A stretch of DNA of 64,000 nucleotides. Origin: a virus. Its lineage: Duplodnaviria > Caudoviricetes. Shown one piece after another: positions 8,720 to 20,198 of this stretch. The stretch is taken from IMG/VR virus record IMGVR_UViG_3300027566_000003. One strand, 5' to 3'. Position 1 is the first letter of the stretch. The number at the start of each line of letters is the position of its first letter. A model generated the notes under the pieces. The model saw only the letters and a program-made list of their open reading frames with translations. It did not search any database and was not told the origin of the DNA. A program made the position numbers and the translations under genes.

Positions 8720-10507
8720 ATGTTGGTTAGCGAAGAAGTAGAAGTTACACTTCATCCATCAAATGTTAAACATTATGAAGATTTAGGTTATGAAATACCA
8801 AGAGAAAAAAATTAAAAAGAAACTTGTGATTCGTAAGGGTACAAAAATAAAGGTAAAAATAGAAGATCTTTTACCTGGAACTAATGTAAAGATTATGTAT
8901 AGATGTGATTATTGTGGAAAAGAAAAGTCAGTATTATATTGTGATTATACAAGGAGATCTTCAAAAAAAGACTGTTGTATTGATTGTTTACCTTTATATA
9001 ATTCTGAAATAAATAAATTAAAATGGGAAGAAAAATTTAAATCTGAAACGAAAACATGTAGTAAATGTAAAAGAGAATTTCCTAAAACGACTGAATATTT
9101 CTTTCGAAGCATAGATAGACCAGACAGTTTATCTTGTCAATGTAAAGAATGTGCTTGTGGAAAAGAAATATTCGGAATAGAAAAAGAAATTATCCCAGAG
9201 GGATTTAAAAAATGTTTAGATTGTAAAGAAGTTTTTGAAATAAATGAAACTAATTTTAATACTTATGTTAAATCTTCTGACGGTTTTTATAATATTTGTA
9301 TTAAATGTCAAATTAATAGAAGACATAAGGATTCTATAGATGGATATAAGAAGTGTAAAATTTGTAACAGAGAACTTGCTATCAATAGAGATTTTTATGA
9401 CGTAGATGATAGATGTTTAGATGGATATAGGGGTATTTGTCGTGAATGCAACGGCGAAGACTTTTATCCAGAATTTAAAGCAGATCCTTGGAGTCAAGAA
9501 GATATTGATATTATAATTGAAAATTATGAACATAAAACAATTAAAGATATATTACCTTTACTTACTTCCATAAGAACTGAAAAATCAGTAATGCACTTAG
9601 CACAAAATTAGATTTAAGAAAAATAGATAATCATATAAAATACTATAAGCAAATTCAGTATAAAATTATTGATAATAAATTACATAAATTATGTAAGTGT
9701 TGTGAGGAATACTTACCAGTAGATAGAGCATATTTTCCTGATGACCAAAAATGTACAGATAATTTAAGAAATGTATGCCGAGTTTGTAAAGGAGAGGAAT
9801 ATTTATTTGATTCAAATATTCATATTTGGACACAAGAAGAAACTACTATATTAATAAATAATTATTCTAGTATGACAAACAATGAAATAAGAAATAAATA
9901 CTTTCCGTTTCTAATAAATAGGCAAATAATGTGCAAAGGAAATAATTTAAATCTTTATAAAGCACAAGAAACGTTAGGTAGAATGTTTATTGAATTAGGT
10001 AAAATTACGTCAGATAGATTATTATCTTTAGATAAATGGAAAGGCGAAGATAATCCTCAATATGATAGTCAAAGATTTGGCAATCTAAATCCTAATTATA
10101 AAAATGGAATTAGTGCTTTGTCACAAGAATTAAGAAGAAATATAAAACAGTGGAAATTTGATAGTATGGATAATGCTAATTATAAATGTTTTATTTCAGG
10201 AAAGAATTTTGATGATATTCATCACTTATATAGTTTTGGAAGTATAGTTCAAGATACTTTAAATGAAACTGGAATACCATTATATGAGAATATCTCTTCA
10301 TATACACAAGAAGAATTACAACAATTAATTGATAAATGTTTGGAGATACATAATCGTTACCCGTTAGGGATATGCATGCAGAAAAAATATCATATCCAAT
10401 TTCATGTTGAGTTTAGGTATGGAAACAATACTCCTGAACAATTTTATCAATTCCTTGAAAATTATTATGATGGAAAATATAAATATTTGGAAGAAGTAAC
10501 TCAATAG
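8720..10507 (+). pseudogene. HNH-type homing endonuclease split by two homopolymer frameshifts
   Basis: ATG at 8720 follows GAAGGA. Removing one A from 8805-8811 joins it to ORF 8790; adding one A to 9604-9607 joins it through an open frame to ORF 9872. It has Cys-pair repeats and C-terminal DDIHHLYSF and HIQFH motifs. Confidence 0.8.
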
Positions 10508-10601
10508 TTCTGTTGACTATAAATGTATTATCTTTTTTTAGATAGTACATTTTTGTGTGACCAGAAATAAACAATTTAAGAATAAAAGGAAGTGAAACTT
10601 A

Positions 10602-11774
10602 GTGGCAAGACAAAAATCTGTGGCAACAAATTCGATTGTGCCACAAGTTAAAATTGAAAATAACACAATCACATGCCCTATGTGTGGAGAACCAAAATCT
10701 TCTATTAAAAGTGCTTTAAACTTTTATAAAAGTTTATCACCTTTGTATACAGGTATAAATCTAGAACGTGTTGACCAACCAATGATGGTATTTTGTAAAG
10801 AATGTGTATGGAATACTTATGATACATATTTCAATATTTTAAAAGATATTAAGAAATCAGTTCTTATTACTTGTATGAAGTTTGATATACCATTCAATGA
10901 AGGTGACTTTGATGGAGCAATGAAACAGTACGTAAATAAACCATCTGCTCATCCGTTTAAAATATATATGACAAAATTAAATTCATTGGGAAATTTCAAC
11001 AACGCTTTAACTGGTTTTGATCCAAAGTTCTTATTTGATAAAGAAACTGGAAAAGACCTTATTACTAATGCATTGGAACTTGAAGTAAAGGATTTAGATT
11101 ATAATGTTCAATTAAATGAACAGGATTTACAAGTTAAAGAAGATGTAATTAGACTTATAGGATATGATCCATTTGCTGGATATTCAAATTTTGACCAAAA
11201 GTTTTTATTTAATGAACTAATCACTTATCTTGACGAAGATACATTGGATGATGCTTTTAAATTAAGTCAGGTTTTACAATTAGTTAATAATAATAATCAG
11301 ATACGAAAAATAGATTTAGTAATTTCTACTCTTAGTAATGATGCTAAGACTTTAATTTCGAACCAAGGAGAAATAAAATCTTTATCTGCTACTAAAAGTC
11401 AAATAGTAGGTAGTACAGATAAGATTGCAAAAGAGAATTCTATTTCTGTAAAAAATCGTGGAGATAAATCAGCAGGAAAATCTACTCTCTCTAGTCTTAT
11501 GAAACAATATAGAGAACTTAATTTTGAAGATGCTGAACAAGATTATTATGATCAAAATAAAGCATATGGCATGAAAATGACAGCAGATATTTCAAATAAA
11601 AGTTTACTTGAACAATTACAGTTGGATGAAAATGATTATACTGATATGTTAAATACTCAAAGAGGATTGATCCAAGAGTATCAGTCTAGAATTGAAGATT
11701 TAGAAGAGGAAAATAGACAATTAAATGTATTGTTAGATAAAAATGAATCACCTTCTATTTTGGAAGGTGATTAA
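10602..11774 (+). CDS. Zn-finger protein upstream of terminase (YonG-like; possible small terminase role)
   Basis: CPMC and CKEC motifs; stop is 2 bp before terL. Confidence 0.7.
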   Translation: MARQKSVATNSIVPQVKIENNTITCPMCGEPKSSIKSALNFYKSLSPLYTGINLERVDQPMMVFCKECVWNTYDTYFNILKDIKKSVLITCMKFDIPFNEGDFDGAMKQYVNKPSAHPFKIYMTKLNSLGNFNNALTGFDPKFLFDKETGKDLITNALELEVKDLDYNVQLNEQDLQVKEDVIRLIGYDPFAGYSNFDQKFLFNELITYLDEDTLDDAFKLSQVLQLVNNNNQIRKIDLVISTLSNDAKTLISNQGEIKSLSATKSQIVGSTDKIAKENSISVKNRGDKSAGKSTLSSLMKQYRELNFEDAEQDYYDQNKAYGMKMTADISNKSLLEQLQLDENDYTDMLNTQRGLIQEYQSRIEDLEEENRQLNVLLDKNESPSILEGD

Positions 11775-11776
11775 TT

Positions 11777-13630
11777 TTGGCTAAAAAATCAAAAGATATT
11801 TTAAGCACAAGAAAAATAGAGTTATATCTTCAAAATGCAAAAATAATAAAATACCTTAGACGTAATCCAGTAATTGCTTGCGAAATATTATTGGGAATTA
11901 AACTCATGGATAGCCAAAAATATATTTTAGAACAGTCATGGAATACCCCTCATATAGTTTGGTGTTGTTCTCGAAACTTTGGAAAATCATTTTTAGGAGC
12001 AATATTAATAATATTAAAAGCAATTTTATATGAGAATCAAGCGATTTATATAATCTCATCTGTTGGTAGTCAAGCACAAGAAACTTTCACTAAAATTGAA
12101 GAAATATGTTTAAGAATAGGGAAAACTTCAAATTCAATAGCTTCGCTTAAAGATATTGCTATGAACGAGACTGTTAAATCACCTGCTTGTAAAACTGGAT
12201 TTAGTCATTCACAAACAGGATTTCATGTTGAGTTTTATAATGGTAGCGAAATATTTACATTAAATGGAAATCCAGATAATAACAGAAGTAAACGCGCAAC
12301 GATGGTGTTTTTTGACGAGGCAGGGTTCTCATCTGATGAATTAATTGCAGTATCAGAAGCATTTGCCACACAGGATTTAAACTTTATTACATCTATTGAT
12401 GAAGATTTTAATTTAAAAACATTAAGAAAAAAATGTCCAACTCAATTAGTTTATGCTTCTTCAGCAAGTGACGTTGATACTATATTTTATAGAAAGTATA
12501 AAGATTTTGCAAAAAAAATGTTTCTTGGAGATAAGAGATATTTTTGTTGTGATATTCCATGTGAAATACCTTTACATCCTTTAATGGATGGAAAAGAATA
12601 TCCTCCTCTTTTACAACAATCTAAAGTTGATAATGCAATGTCTGCGAATCGCGAAAAAGCATTACGTGAATATTTCAACAAGTTTAGTACAGACGGAGGA
12701 GAAAATCAAATTGTTAAATGGGGACAAATCAGGCGTAATGAAACATTTATATTGCCAGAACTCCATTTTGTTGATGGTGGAAAATACGCTATTGCTTTTG
12801 ACCCTGCAAGATCGGGGGATAATTCAATTATTACAGTTATGAAAATAATTGAAGATAAAAACATAGGTTATTATGGAGAAATTGTTAATTGTACTAATTT
12901 AGTAGACTTAGCTAGTAAAAAAGGGATAAAAATGGCTTCGCCAGACCAAATTAAAGCATTAAAAGATTATATATTAGCATATAATAGTAATTATCCTGAT
13001 TATGAAAATATAGAAGTTCTTCAAATTGATGCCGGAGCTGGTGGTGGAGGAATAAGTGCATACTCAGATAATTTGTTGGAAGATTGGATAGATCAAAAAG
13101 GTATTAAGCATAAAGGATTTTTAGATAAAAAGTATGAGTTATATGAAGGATATGAAAATAAATATCCTAATGCAAGTAATAAATTAAATCTATTATCACC
13201 TAATAAATATAGGACACAAATGTGCGATGAATTTATTGAGCTAATGCAATTGGATTTAATAAAGTTTCCAAAAGAATATGATGGAAAAGGATATGTTACT
13301 TTACAGAAACAAGTTGGCGAAGAAATAAAATTACAAACTAAATCACTAACAACAGAAGAAGAAATAGCTTTGTTAAATATGGATGTTTTAAAAAGTGAAA
13401 TAACCTCGATATATAAATTTGAAAATCCAGAAAAAACAAGTAAATCATATAGAATGTCAAAAGAAAAAGAAGGAAAAGTACATGATGATAGATTTTATAC
13501 AATTATCATGTTGTCTCATTATTTATATGATTTAAGAAGGAAGAATGTCACTAATAAAATAGATGACACCAATCTAGATGATCATTTTGTTCCCCCATCA
13601 TCTACTCCTTGGAATGATTTCAATAATTAA
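11777..13630 (+). CDS. terL: Terminase large subunit
   Basis: SRNFGKS Walker A, FFDEAGF Walker B, AFDPAR and HDDRF nuclease motifs. Confidence 0.95.
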   Translation: MAKKSKDILSTRKIELYLQNAKIIKYLRRNPVIACEILLGIKLMDSQKYILEQSWNTPHIVWCCSRNFGKSFLGAILIILKAILYENQAIYIISSVGSQAQETFTKIEEICLRIGKTSNSIASLKDIAMNETVKSPACKTGFSHSQTGFHVEFYNGSEIFTLNGNPDNNRSKRATMVFFDEAGFSSDELIAVSEAFATQDLNFITSIDEDFNLKTLRKKCPTQLVYASSASDVDTIFYRKYKDFAKKMFLGDKRYFCCDIPCEIPLHPLMDGKEYPPLLQQSKVDNAMSANREKALREYFNKFSTDGGENQIVKWGQIRRNETFILPELHFVDGGKYAIAFDPARSGDNSIITVMKIIEDKNIGYYGEIVNCTNLVDLASKKGIKMASPDQIKALKDYILAYNSNYPDYENIEVLQIDAGAGGGGISAYSDNLLEDWIDQKGIKHKGFLDKKYELYEGYENKYPNASNKLNLLSPNKYRTQMCDEFIELMQLDLIKFPKEYDGKGYVTLQKQVGEEIKLQTKSLTTEEEIALLNMDVLKSEITSIYKFENPEKTSKSYRMSKEKEGKVHDDRFYTIIMLSHYLYDLRRKNVTNKIDDTNLDDHFVPPSSTPWNDFNN

Positions 13631-13687
13631 AAAAACAAATAAAAATTACAAATACATAAATAATATTCACAGAAATGAGGTGAAATT

Positions 13688-15283
13688 TTGGCACGAAGAA
13701 AAAAACAACATCAATCAATACCAATTCAAAAAACAATAATTAATACTCCTTCCTCCTTACCTTCTTCTATAAACACAGAAACATCACCAGAACAATTTAT
13801 GCGTAATTATGCTAATACTCTTTTTTCTACATTACAACAAATTAGAGAAAATCCATATTATATACCAATGTATGCGAATAGTTTAATGAAAGATATAAAT
13901 ATTGCTCCTTATAAACCTTCATCATCAGATATTGAAAATTGGTTAATATACCCTCAACAATTTGAACAACAACTAAGTAGTTTATCACAATATCTTGAAG
14001 GGGTAGTGATGCAATATGAAAGAACGATTTATCATTTTGCAACATTATTAACGTTTAATTATTATATATATCCAGTAACTTCTATTCCAACAGATAAAAA
14101 AGATTTATCTTCTTTTAAAAAATCATATAGTAAGGCATTGACTTGGTTAAGAAAATTTAGAGTGAAAGAACAACTTCAAAATGTAATGTTAGGTATTATT
14201 AGAGAAGGTGGAAAGTATTATTATGTTAGAGAATCTTCCGATTTTATAGATTTACAGGAAATGCCACCTCAATGGTCTGTGATAGATGGTAAAACTAGTT
14301 TAGGATATACATTTTCTTTTAATATGACTTTTTTTCTAAGAACACCTCAAGCTTTAGCAGATTATGCTCCAGAATTTGTAGAATGGTTTGATGATTTTTA
14401 TGTAGATTATCAGACAAACAAAGGAATTCAATATTATAAACAAATGCCACCTGAAAAAAGTGTGGTATTTTTATTTGATGATACAAAAGCAGCAAGATTA
14501 AACCCTTTAAGGTCATTATTTAAAGATGCTTTGGATGTTCAAGAATATAAGAAATTATTAAAAACAAAAACATTACTTGACACATGGAAATTGATATATA
14601 TGAAATCTCCTTTAGATAAAGATGGTAAACCATCAATTGATTCTAAATTAATTGCAAATTGGGTTGCAACAGCTCAAGCATCTCTCCCTTATGGTGCGGT
14701 AGCATTTGGAAGTCCATTAGACGCACAAGAATTAAGAGTTTCAGATAATCAATTTATTAATATTCTTGGTTCTCAAACTAACGCAAAATTTTGGGAAAAT
14801 GCTGGAGTAAATGCCAATATAATGGGGAATAGCGATGCAAAAAGTGCGTCAGCTATAAAAGCAAGTTTAGAAACAGATGTTAATTTTGTTTCCCATCTTT
14901 ATCCGATTTTTGAAAGGTTTATAAATGCACAGTTAGCTCAAAAAACAGGAAAACATAAATTTGCTATAAAACTTTTTGGGGATAAATTTAGTATTAAGGA
15001 CACTCAAAAAGAATTAAAAGAAGCGATTCAATATGATGATAGTAACTATATTAAATGGATGGCATCTATGGATTATCAACCTTTTGAATTAGATGGTATG
15101 AATGGTATGATGGATGTTCTTGGTTTGAGAAAAAACATTAAACCACTTATGAGTAGTCATACTTTAAGTAGTAAAGATAATAAAGGAGGAAAACCAACTG
15201 CGGAAGAATCGGGAGTAAATTTAGGAGATGCTGGAGAGATAACTTTAGATGCTGGTTCGAATGAAAATAAAATTACAGATTAA
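13688..15283 (+). CDS. Portal protein
   Basis: 531 aa directly after terL, in SPbeta-like order. Confidence 0.8.
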   Translation: MARRKKQHQSIPIQKTIINTPSSLPSSINTETSPEQFMRNYANTLFSTLQQIRENPYYIPMYANSLMKDINIAPYKPSSSDIENWLIYPQQFEQQLSSLSQYLEGVVMQYERTIYHFATLLTFNYYIYPVTSIPTDKKDLSSFKKSYSKALTWLRKFRVKEQLQNVMLGIIREGGKYYYVRESSDFIDLQEMPPQWSVIDGKTSLGYTFSFNMTFFLRTPQALADYAPEFVEWFDDFYVDYQTNKGIQYYKQMPPEKSVVFLFDDTKAARLNPLRSLFKDALDVQEYKKLLKTKTLLDTWKLIYMKSPLDKDGKPSIDSKLIANWVATAQASLPYGAVAFGSPLDAQELRVSDNQFINILGSQTNAKFWENAGVNANIMGNSDAKSASAIKASLETDVNFVSHLYPIFERFINAQLAQKTGKHKFAIKLFGDKFSIKDTQKELKEAIQYDDSNYIKWMASMDYQPFELDGMNGMMDVLGLRKNIKPLMSSHTLSSKDNKGGKPTAEESGVNLGDAGEITLDAGSNENKITD

Positions 15284-15300
15284 AGGAAGGTGAATATTAT

Positions 15301-15846
15301 ATGTCAAAAAGTTTGTTGAGTCAAGGATTAATGGAAAATTTGAGATTAATTGTAAAATTTCTATTTGATGGAAATCGTATACTCGATAGAATTATGGATA
15401 ATCTAGCTGTTCCATTAGTTATGACAAAAACAGAAAAAATATTACATGTACCTTTGGATCATCAATATCCTCTTTTAGCAGATGAAGTTGTCGACTATAT
15501 GCACAGTAGAAATCAGATGAGTGGATATTTAGCAACAATTGAAGATATGACAGAGTATAATTCTCCATTAGAAGCTTTTAAAAGGTATTTAGATTATCAA
15601 TTAAAATTGGAAGAATTAATAAAAGATACTATAGAAATGGCATCAGATGAAGAAGATAAGATGACTAAGAAATTTTTAAATAATTTTTTATTTAAAATAG
15701 GTATTTACACAAACCAAGCTCTTTTATTAGTTGATAAAGCAGAAATGTATGGCGATGATAAATTTTCTTGGATGATGATGGATAATAATGCAGATAATCT
15801 TTTGATTCCTGATTTAATTTTAATTTCTGATAAAGAAGATGATTAA
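15301..15846 (+). CDS. Ferritin-like four-helix protein
   Basis: Helical pattern LADEVVDY, EYNSPLEAF, IEMASDEEDKMTKKFL. Confidence 0.6.
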   Translation: MSKSLLSQGLMENLRLIVKFLFDGNRILDRIMDNLAVPLVMTKTEKILHVPLDHQYPLLADEVVDYMHSRNQMSGYLATIEDMTEYNSPLEAFKRYLDYQLKLEELIKDTIEMASDEEDKMTKKFLNNFLFKIGIYTNQALLLVDKAEMYGDDKFSWMMMDNNADNLLIPDLILISDKEDD

Positions 15847-15848
15847 CT

Positions 15849-16046
15849 ATGTTTGTAAAAAATATAGAAGAAACTTTTGATGAAAATGAAATATTTTATT
15901 GTGATAATTATAAGTTAAAAGACCTTTTAATAAAAAAAGGAATTTATTCTATTAATAACGGTTATAAAAAAAATAAACCATATTGGATTTTTATAAAAAG
16001 TAATGATTTATTAATGTGGATTAAAGAATTTAATTTTTGTAATTAA
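15849..16046 (+). CDS. Small hypothetical protein (DUF5659-like)
   Basis: FYCDNYKLKDLLIKKGI and YWIF pattern. Confidence 0.55.
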   Translation: MFVKNIEETFDENEIFYCDNYKLKDLLIKKGIYSINNGYKKNKPYWIFIKSNDLLMWIKEFNFCN

Positions 16047-16079
16047 TTCTTTAAAAATATAAAAAAAGGAGGAATAATA

Positions 16080-16523
16080 ATGAGTTCAAATTATTACAAC
16101 GGTGATAGTGTAACAGAATTAAAAATTGATAGTTTAAAATTAGCAGATGGTGTTGCAATTACCGCGACTGGTGCTGAATTAAATATCCTCGATGGAGTGA
16201 CAAAAACAGCAGCACAAATTAATTTATTAACTACAGGTGTGGCAGCAGGATATAAGATTGCATATGGCACAGCAACTATAGATGCCGCTAGCAAAGATAT
16301 TGCTACTGGACTAACTACTGTTGCAGGTGTTGTTGTATCTTTAGTTGGTGACCCAAGTTTAACACATATGTATTCAACTGCTACTGTAGGTAATCAAACG
16401 AATGCACCAATAGCTGGTAGCATTAGAATTAAGTCTTGGAAACCGACTGCAGCAAATGATGCTACTCCTATAGCAGCGACTTCAACATTTGCTTCAGTTT
16501 CCTGGGTTGCGATTGGGACTTAA
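16080..16523 (+). CDS. Putative virion (head decoration/fibre) protein
   Basis: Ala/Thr-rich, TGAELNILDGVT fibre-like motif, located in the head module. Confidence 0.6.
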   Translation: MSSNYYNGDSVTELKIDSLKLADGVAITATGAELNILDGVTKTAAQINLLTTGVAAGYKIAYGTATIDAASKDIATGLTTVAGVVVSLVGDPSLTHMYSTATVGNQTNAPIAGSIRIKSWKPTAANDATPIAATSTFASVSWVAIGT

Positions 16524-16569
16524 ATTTATTAAGTTTAATTAAATTCATGAATAGAGAGGTGGTGAATAT

Positions 16570-18402
16570 GTGAATGAAATTGTAAAATTTAATTGTGATA
16601 GGTTTACTATTATAGAAGATGATCCAAGATTTATAACTTGTAAATTTTATTTTGGTTTAATCGGAGAAAACGCTAATGGTTCAGTTCTTTTAAAGGAAGA
16701 CTATGAAAACAATAAAGACACAATAGGATATACTCCTATTTGTGGGTATTTTAAAGGAAAAGATTTTGGAGAACATGACCCTAAAGAATATCCCATGGGT
16801 GGATTATTAAGTTTTGCTGATTGTGAATATTCTTATGAAGAATATGAAAATAAAATATATGCTGTTGCAAAAGGTATTATCCAAAAGGAATACTTAAACA
16901 AGGAAGCAGAAAACGTTCTGAAAAGCGAAACAAAAAAAATCAGCATAGAAATTGAAGTTTTAGAAAAAGAAAAACTTTCTAATGGTAAATTTAGATTTAA
17001 AAAATGGATATATCAGTGTATTACTATTTTAGGTGATAAATATACCCAAGGAATGGGACTTGCTCATCTTGAAGTTTTAAACAAACCAAGAGAAAAGTAT
17101 GCAATTTTTGTTAGTAAAACAATTGAAAGTTTTTCGGAAAAAGAAAATAACAATATTTATAGATTAAAAATAAACTTAACTAAAGAATCTACTGATTTTG
17201 ATACATCTTGGTCAGAAGTTGATAAAATTTCTTTAAGAGATAAGATTATGGGAGCAAGCAATTATAAAATATTAGTCAAAAAATGCTATTTAATGGTATT
17301 ACCAGGATACGAAGATGCCCCTAGTGAAAAACTTAAATATCCAATATGTATGATAAAAGATAATACGTTAATTTTATCAGTTAAAGGATGTGAATCGGCA
17401 TTATCTTATCTTGAGAAAAATACAGATGATCCTAATTATCAATCTGCAAAAAATAAATTGAGCAAATATTATAAGATTTTGGGATTATCAACAGAAAATT
17501 TTATAGAAAGTGAGGGTACAGATGTGGGATTTAATAAAACAGAATTCGCGCTATTAAATGGTATGACATCTAATCAAATTGAAGGTATTTTTGAAGATCA
17601 ATGCAAAAGTGCCGGATTAGATTGTTGGATATCCGATTGGTCTGATAAATATGTTTTTATCTATGATTATAAGTCAAGTATGCATAAAGCTATTCCTTAT
17701 ACTATGGAGGAAAATACATTTAAGCTTGATTTTGCAAATTACAAAAAGGCAATTTCTACTCAAGTATGGTTGGTTGACGGAGATGATGAGGGAGAAATTC
17801 CTGAAACAGATATGATTCAACAAATGGTTGCTTCTATCATGGATAAAATGGCATCCGAAAAATCTACAATGGAAGAAACTATGACATGTGACAAGGCAAA
17901 GATGGAAGAACAATATACCTTAAAAGTAAATGAGTTAACCGAAGCAAATGAAAAGTTTGCTATTGAGAAAAATGAATTTTCAGAAAAAATATCTCAAAAG
18001 GATGAATCTATTCTTAAAATTGGTCAAGAATTGGATGAACTTAAAGAGAAATATTCATTAAAAGAAACAGAAGTAGAAGCTTTAAAATCTGATATTACTA
18101 AGTTTGCAAAAGACAAAAAAGAGTCTGAGGCAGAAACTATTCTTGCAAAATATTCTAAGAAGATAAGCGAGGAAGAAAGAACAGAACTATTTTCTAAATT
18201 AGAAAAATTTTCCTCTGTGGAAGATTTTGAAAAAGAAGTTAAAGCTTTTGTATGTGATAAATATGAATCAGAAATTAAAGGGAAAGATATTTCTACATAT
18301 TCACGTTTAGGATTGCCACCTGTAACAAATGAAGAAGTAAAGACCAATAATGAACATTGGACTTCTTATATATCTGAGTATGTTCCTCAAGTACAAAAAT
18401 AA
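16570..18402 (+). CDS. Prohead protease/scaffold fusion (YonD-like)
   Basis: N-terminal FGEH, ISIEIEV and CITILG motifs; C-terminal acidic coiled coil; lies upstream of the capsid genes. Confidence 0.75.
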   Translation: MNEIVKFNCDRFTIIEDDPRFITCKFYFGLIGENANGSVLLKEDYENNKDTIGYTPICGYFKGKDFGEHDPKEYPMGGLLSFADCEYSYEEYENKIYAVAKGIIQKEYLNKEAENVLKSETKKISIEIEVLEKEKLSNGKFRFKKWIYQCITILGDKYTQGMGLAHLEVLNKPREKYAIFVSKTIESFSEKENNNIYRLKINLTKESTDFDTSWSEVDKISLRDKIMGASNYKILVKKCYLMVLPGYEDAPSEKLKYPICMIKDNTLILSVKGCESALSYLEKNTDDPNYQSAKNKLSKYYKILGLSTENFIESEGTDVGFNKTEFALLNGMTSNQIEGIFEDQCKSAGLDCWISDWSDKYVFIYDYKSSMHKAIPYTMEENTFKLDFANYKKAISTQVWLVDGDDEGEIPETDMIQQMVASIMDKMASEKSTMEETMTCDKAKMEEQYTLKVNELTEANEKFAIEKNEFSEKISQKDESILKIGQELDELKEKYSLKETEVEALKSDITKFAKDKKESEAETILAKYSKKISEEERTELFSKLEKFSSVEDFEKEVKAFVCDKYESEIKGKDISTYSRLGLPPVTNEEVKTNNEHWTSYISEYVPQVQK

Positions 18403-18430
18403 TTTTTAAAAAAGAAAGGATTGATTAATA

Positions 18431-18955
18431 ATGGCTTATAATATTGTTGAATTCATGAATGAGGCATCTTTTGATGCAGACGTTTTAAGTGTACAAAACG
18501 CAACTCTTCCGCTTGATGATGGTTATCTTGGAAAATTAACAGGTTTGGTAAGTGGAGAGAGAGATTTATATCTTATTGCTGTACCTGCTGCCGTAACAAC
18601 TGAAGAGGTAGTAATGGTTGTTGGAGCAGAGGTTTATGTTGATGCTAATGGAATGAGGGTTCCCTTGCACAACAAAGCAAGTTTTACTTATCCTGCCACC
18701 AGACCTGTTAGGGCATATCGCCTACGCGCTGGTATGAGATTTAAGGTTAATACTGCTGGAATTGATGGATCTCCTGTTGTTGGACAATATGTAATTCCAG
18801 TCAATGGAACATTCCAATATGCAGCCGCAGCAGATTTAACTGGTAATACAAGAGTTGCTTTTATTGTTGAAGAAACTGGAACTGCAACTTGTAATATTTT
18901 TACTGGTAAGACTATGGTAGACGCAACAATTATTCGTGTAGTTAAAGGCGTATAA
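18431..18955 (+). CDS. Capsid decoration/stabilising protein
   Basis: Position immediately before the major capsid gene; beta-rich. Confidence 0.65.
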   Translation: MAYNIVEFMNEASFDADVLSVQNATLPLDDGYLGKLTGLVSGERDLYLIAVPAAVTTEEVVMVVGAEVYVDANGMRVPLHNKASFTYPATRPVRAYRLRAGMRFKVNTAGIDGSPVVGQYVIPVNGTFQYAAAADLTGNTRVAFIVEETGTATCNIFTGKTMVDATIIRVVKGV

Positions 18956-18994
18956 AAATATTAAATAAAATAATGAAAGGAATGATAAATAATT

Positions 18995-20101
18995 ATGAAT
19001 AGAATTGCTAGATTTTCTAAGAAACAAGTAGCCGCAGTAGAATTGGGTGTGGAATTATATAAGCATCATCTTTATGAGAAAGAAAATGTGGGAGGTAGAA
19101 ATATTCATTATTCTACTTTTGCAAATACTAAAGATGCAAGTGGATATGTAATTCCATTAAAAGACAAAAATATTATGTTCGGTAATATGATGGCAGATGA
19201 AGCATATGAAATTTCTGGATTAGATAAAGAACGTTTCCCTTTAATTGAAGCATTTACTTTCCAAAATTTTGAACGTGCTTATTTTTCTGTTTTGGAAGAA
19301 ACATTAAATAAAATTAATGCAAAAACTGAAATTGAACAAGCTTTAAACTTCTGTGAGGTAAAATCGTTTGCAGACGGTGACTCGTACACCTTCCATATTC
19401 CAAGTAACCATTTATTGTCTGTTTCTACGGTTGCAAATGGTGTGAGAAGTGTACATTTTCAAACATTGTGGGAAGAAGATGTTACTCTTACTCCTAAAGT
19501 TAAGAAAGCTGGAGTTAAAATTGATATTTATCGTGTATCTTCTGGTATGTATGACTGGGGTTGGTTGATTAATCAAGTAGTTAAATCTTTCCGTACTAAA
19601 ATGCAACAAGAAGTTATTGACATTGTTTATGGTGGATACACTACCATTGGAACTAATTTTAAAGAATCTACTTTTGCACAAGATTCATATATTCAACTCG
19701 CGGAAAGAGTTTCTGGAGCAAACGGTTCTCCTTGTGTTACTATTGGTACTAAAACAGCATTAAATAAAATTTTGCCAACCTCAGATTTCATGAAAATGCA
19801 ACTTGGGCAAGAGTATGTTGATGTCGGATATATTCAAGCACCATTTGGGATTCCGACAATTCGTTTGGAGCAATCTATTAAACCAAATTCTGCTTATGAT
19901 TTCGCAATAGATAATAACTATATTGTTTTGATAAGTTCTGCTGTTGATAAAATCGCGAAGATGGCAATGGAAGGGAAAATGACCATTCGACAATCTCGTG
20001 ACTTTGAAAATAGTGACGATACTCGTTCTTATACTATTACAGACAAGTGGGAAATAAAATTAGCCTCTGCGTCATATTATGGCATGGTCAAAGTGTCGTA
20101 G
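18995..20101 (+). CDS. Major capsid protein
   Basis: 368 aa, position in the module, followed by a terminator. Confidence 0.85.
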   Translation: MNRIARFSKKQVAAVELGVELYKHHLYEKENVGGRNIHYSTFANTKDASGYVIPLKDKNIMFGNMMADEAYEISGLDKERFPLIEAFTFQNFERAYFSVLEETLNKINAKTEIEQALNFCEVKSFADGDSYTFHIPSNHLLSVSTVANGVRSVHFQTLWEEDVTLTPKVKKAGVKIDIYRVSSGMYDWGWLINQVVKSFRTKMQQEVIDIVYGGYTTIGTNFKESTFAQDSYIQLAERVSGANGSPCVTIGTKTALNKILPTSDFMKMQLGQEYVDVGYIQAPFGIPTIRLEQSIKPNSAYDFAIDNNYIVLISSAVDKIAKMAMEGKMTIRQSRDFENSDDTRSYTITDKWEIKLASASYYGMVKVS

Positions 20102-20113
20102 TATTTAAATTAT

Positions 20114-20145
20114 AAAAAGACACTTGTTTATTCAGGTGTCTTTTT
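20114..20145 (+). terminator. Intrinsic terminator after capsid gene
   Basis: AAAAAGACACTT-loop-AGGTGTCTTTTT. Confidence 0.8.
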
Positions 20146-20198
20146 ATATAAATATTTTAAATAAAATACATATAGCCAAAGGAGAATTAAATAAAAAT

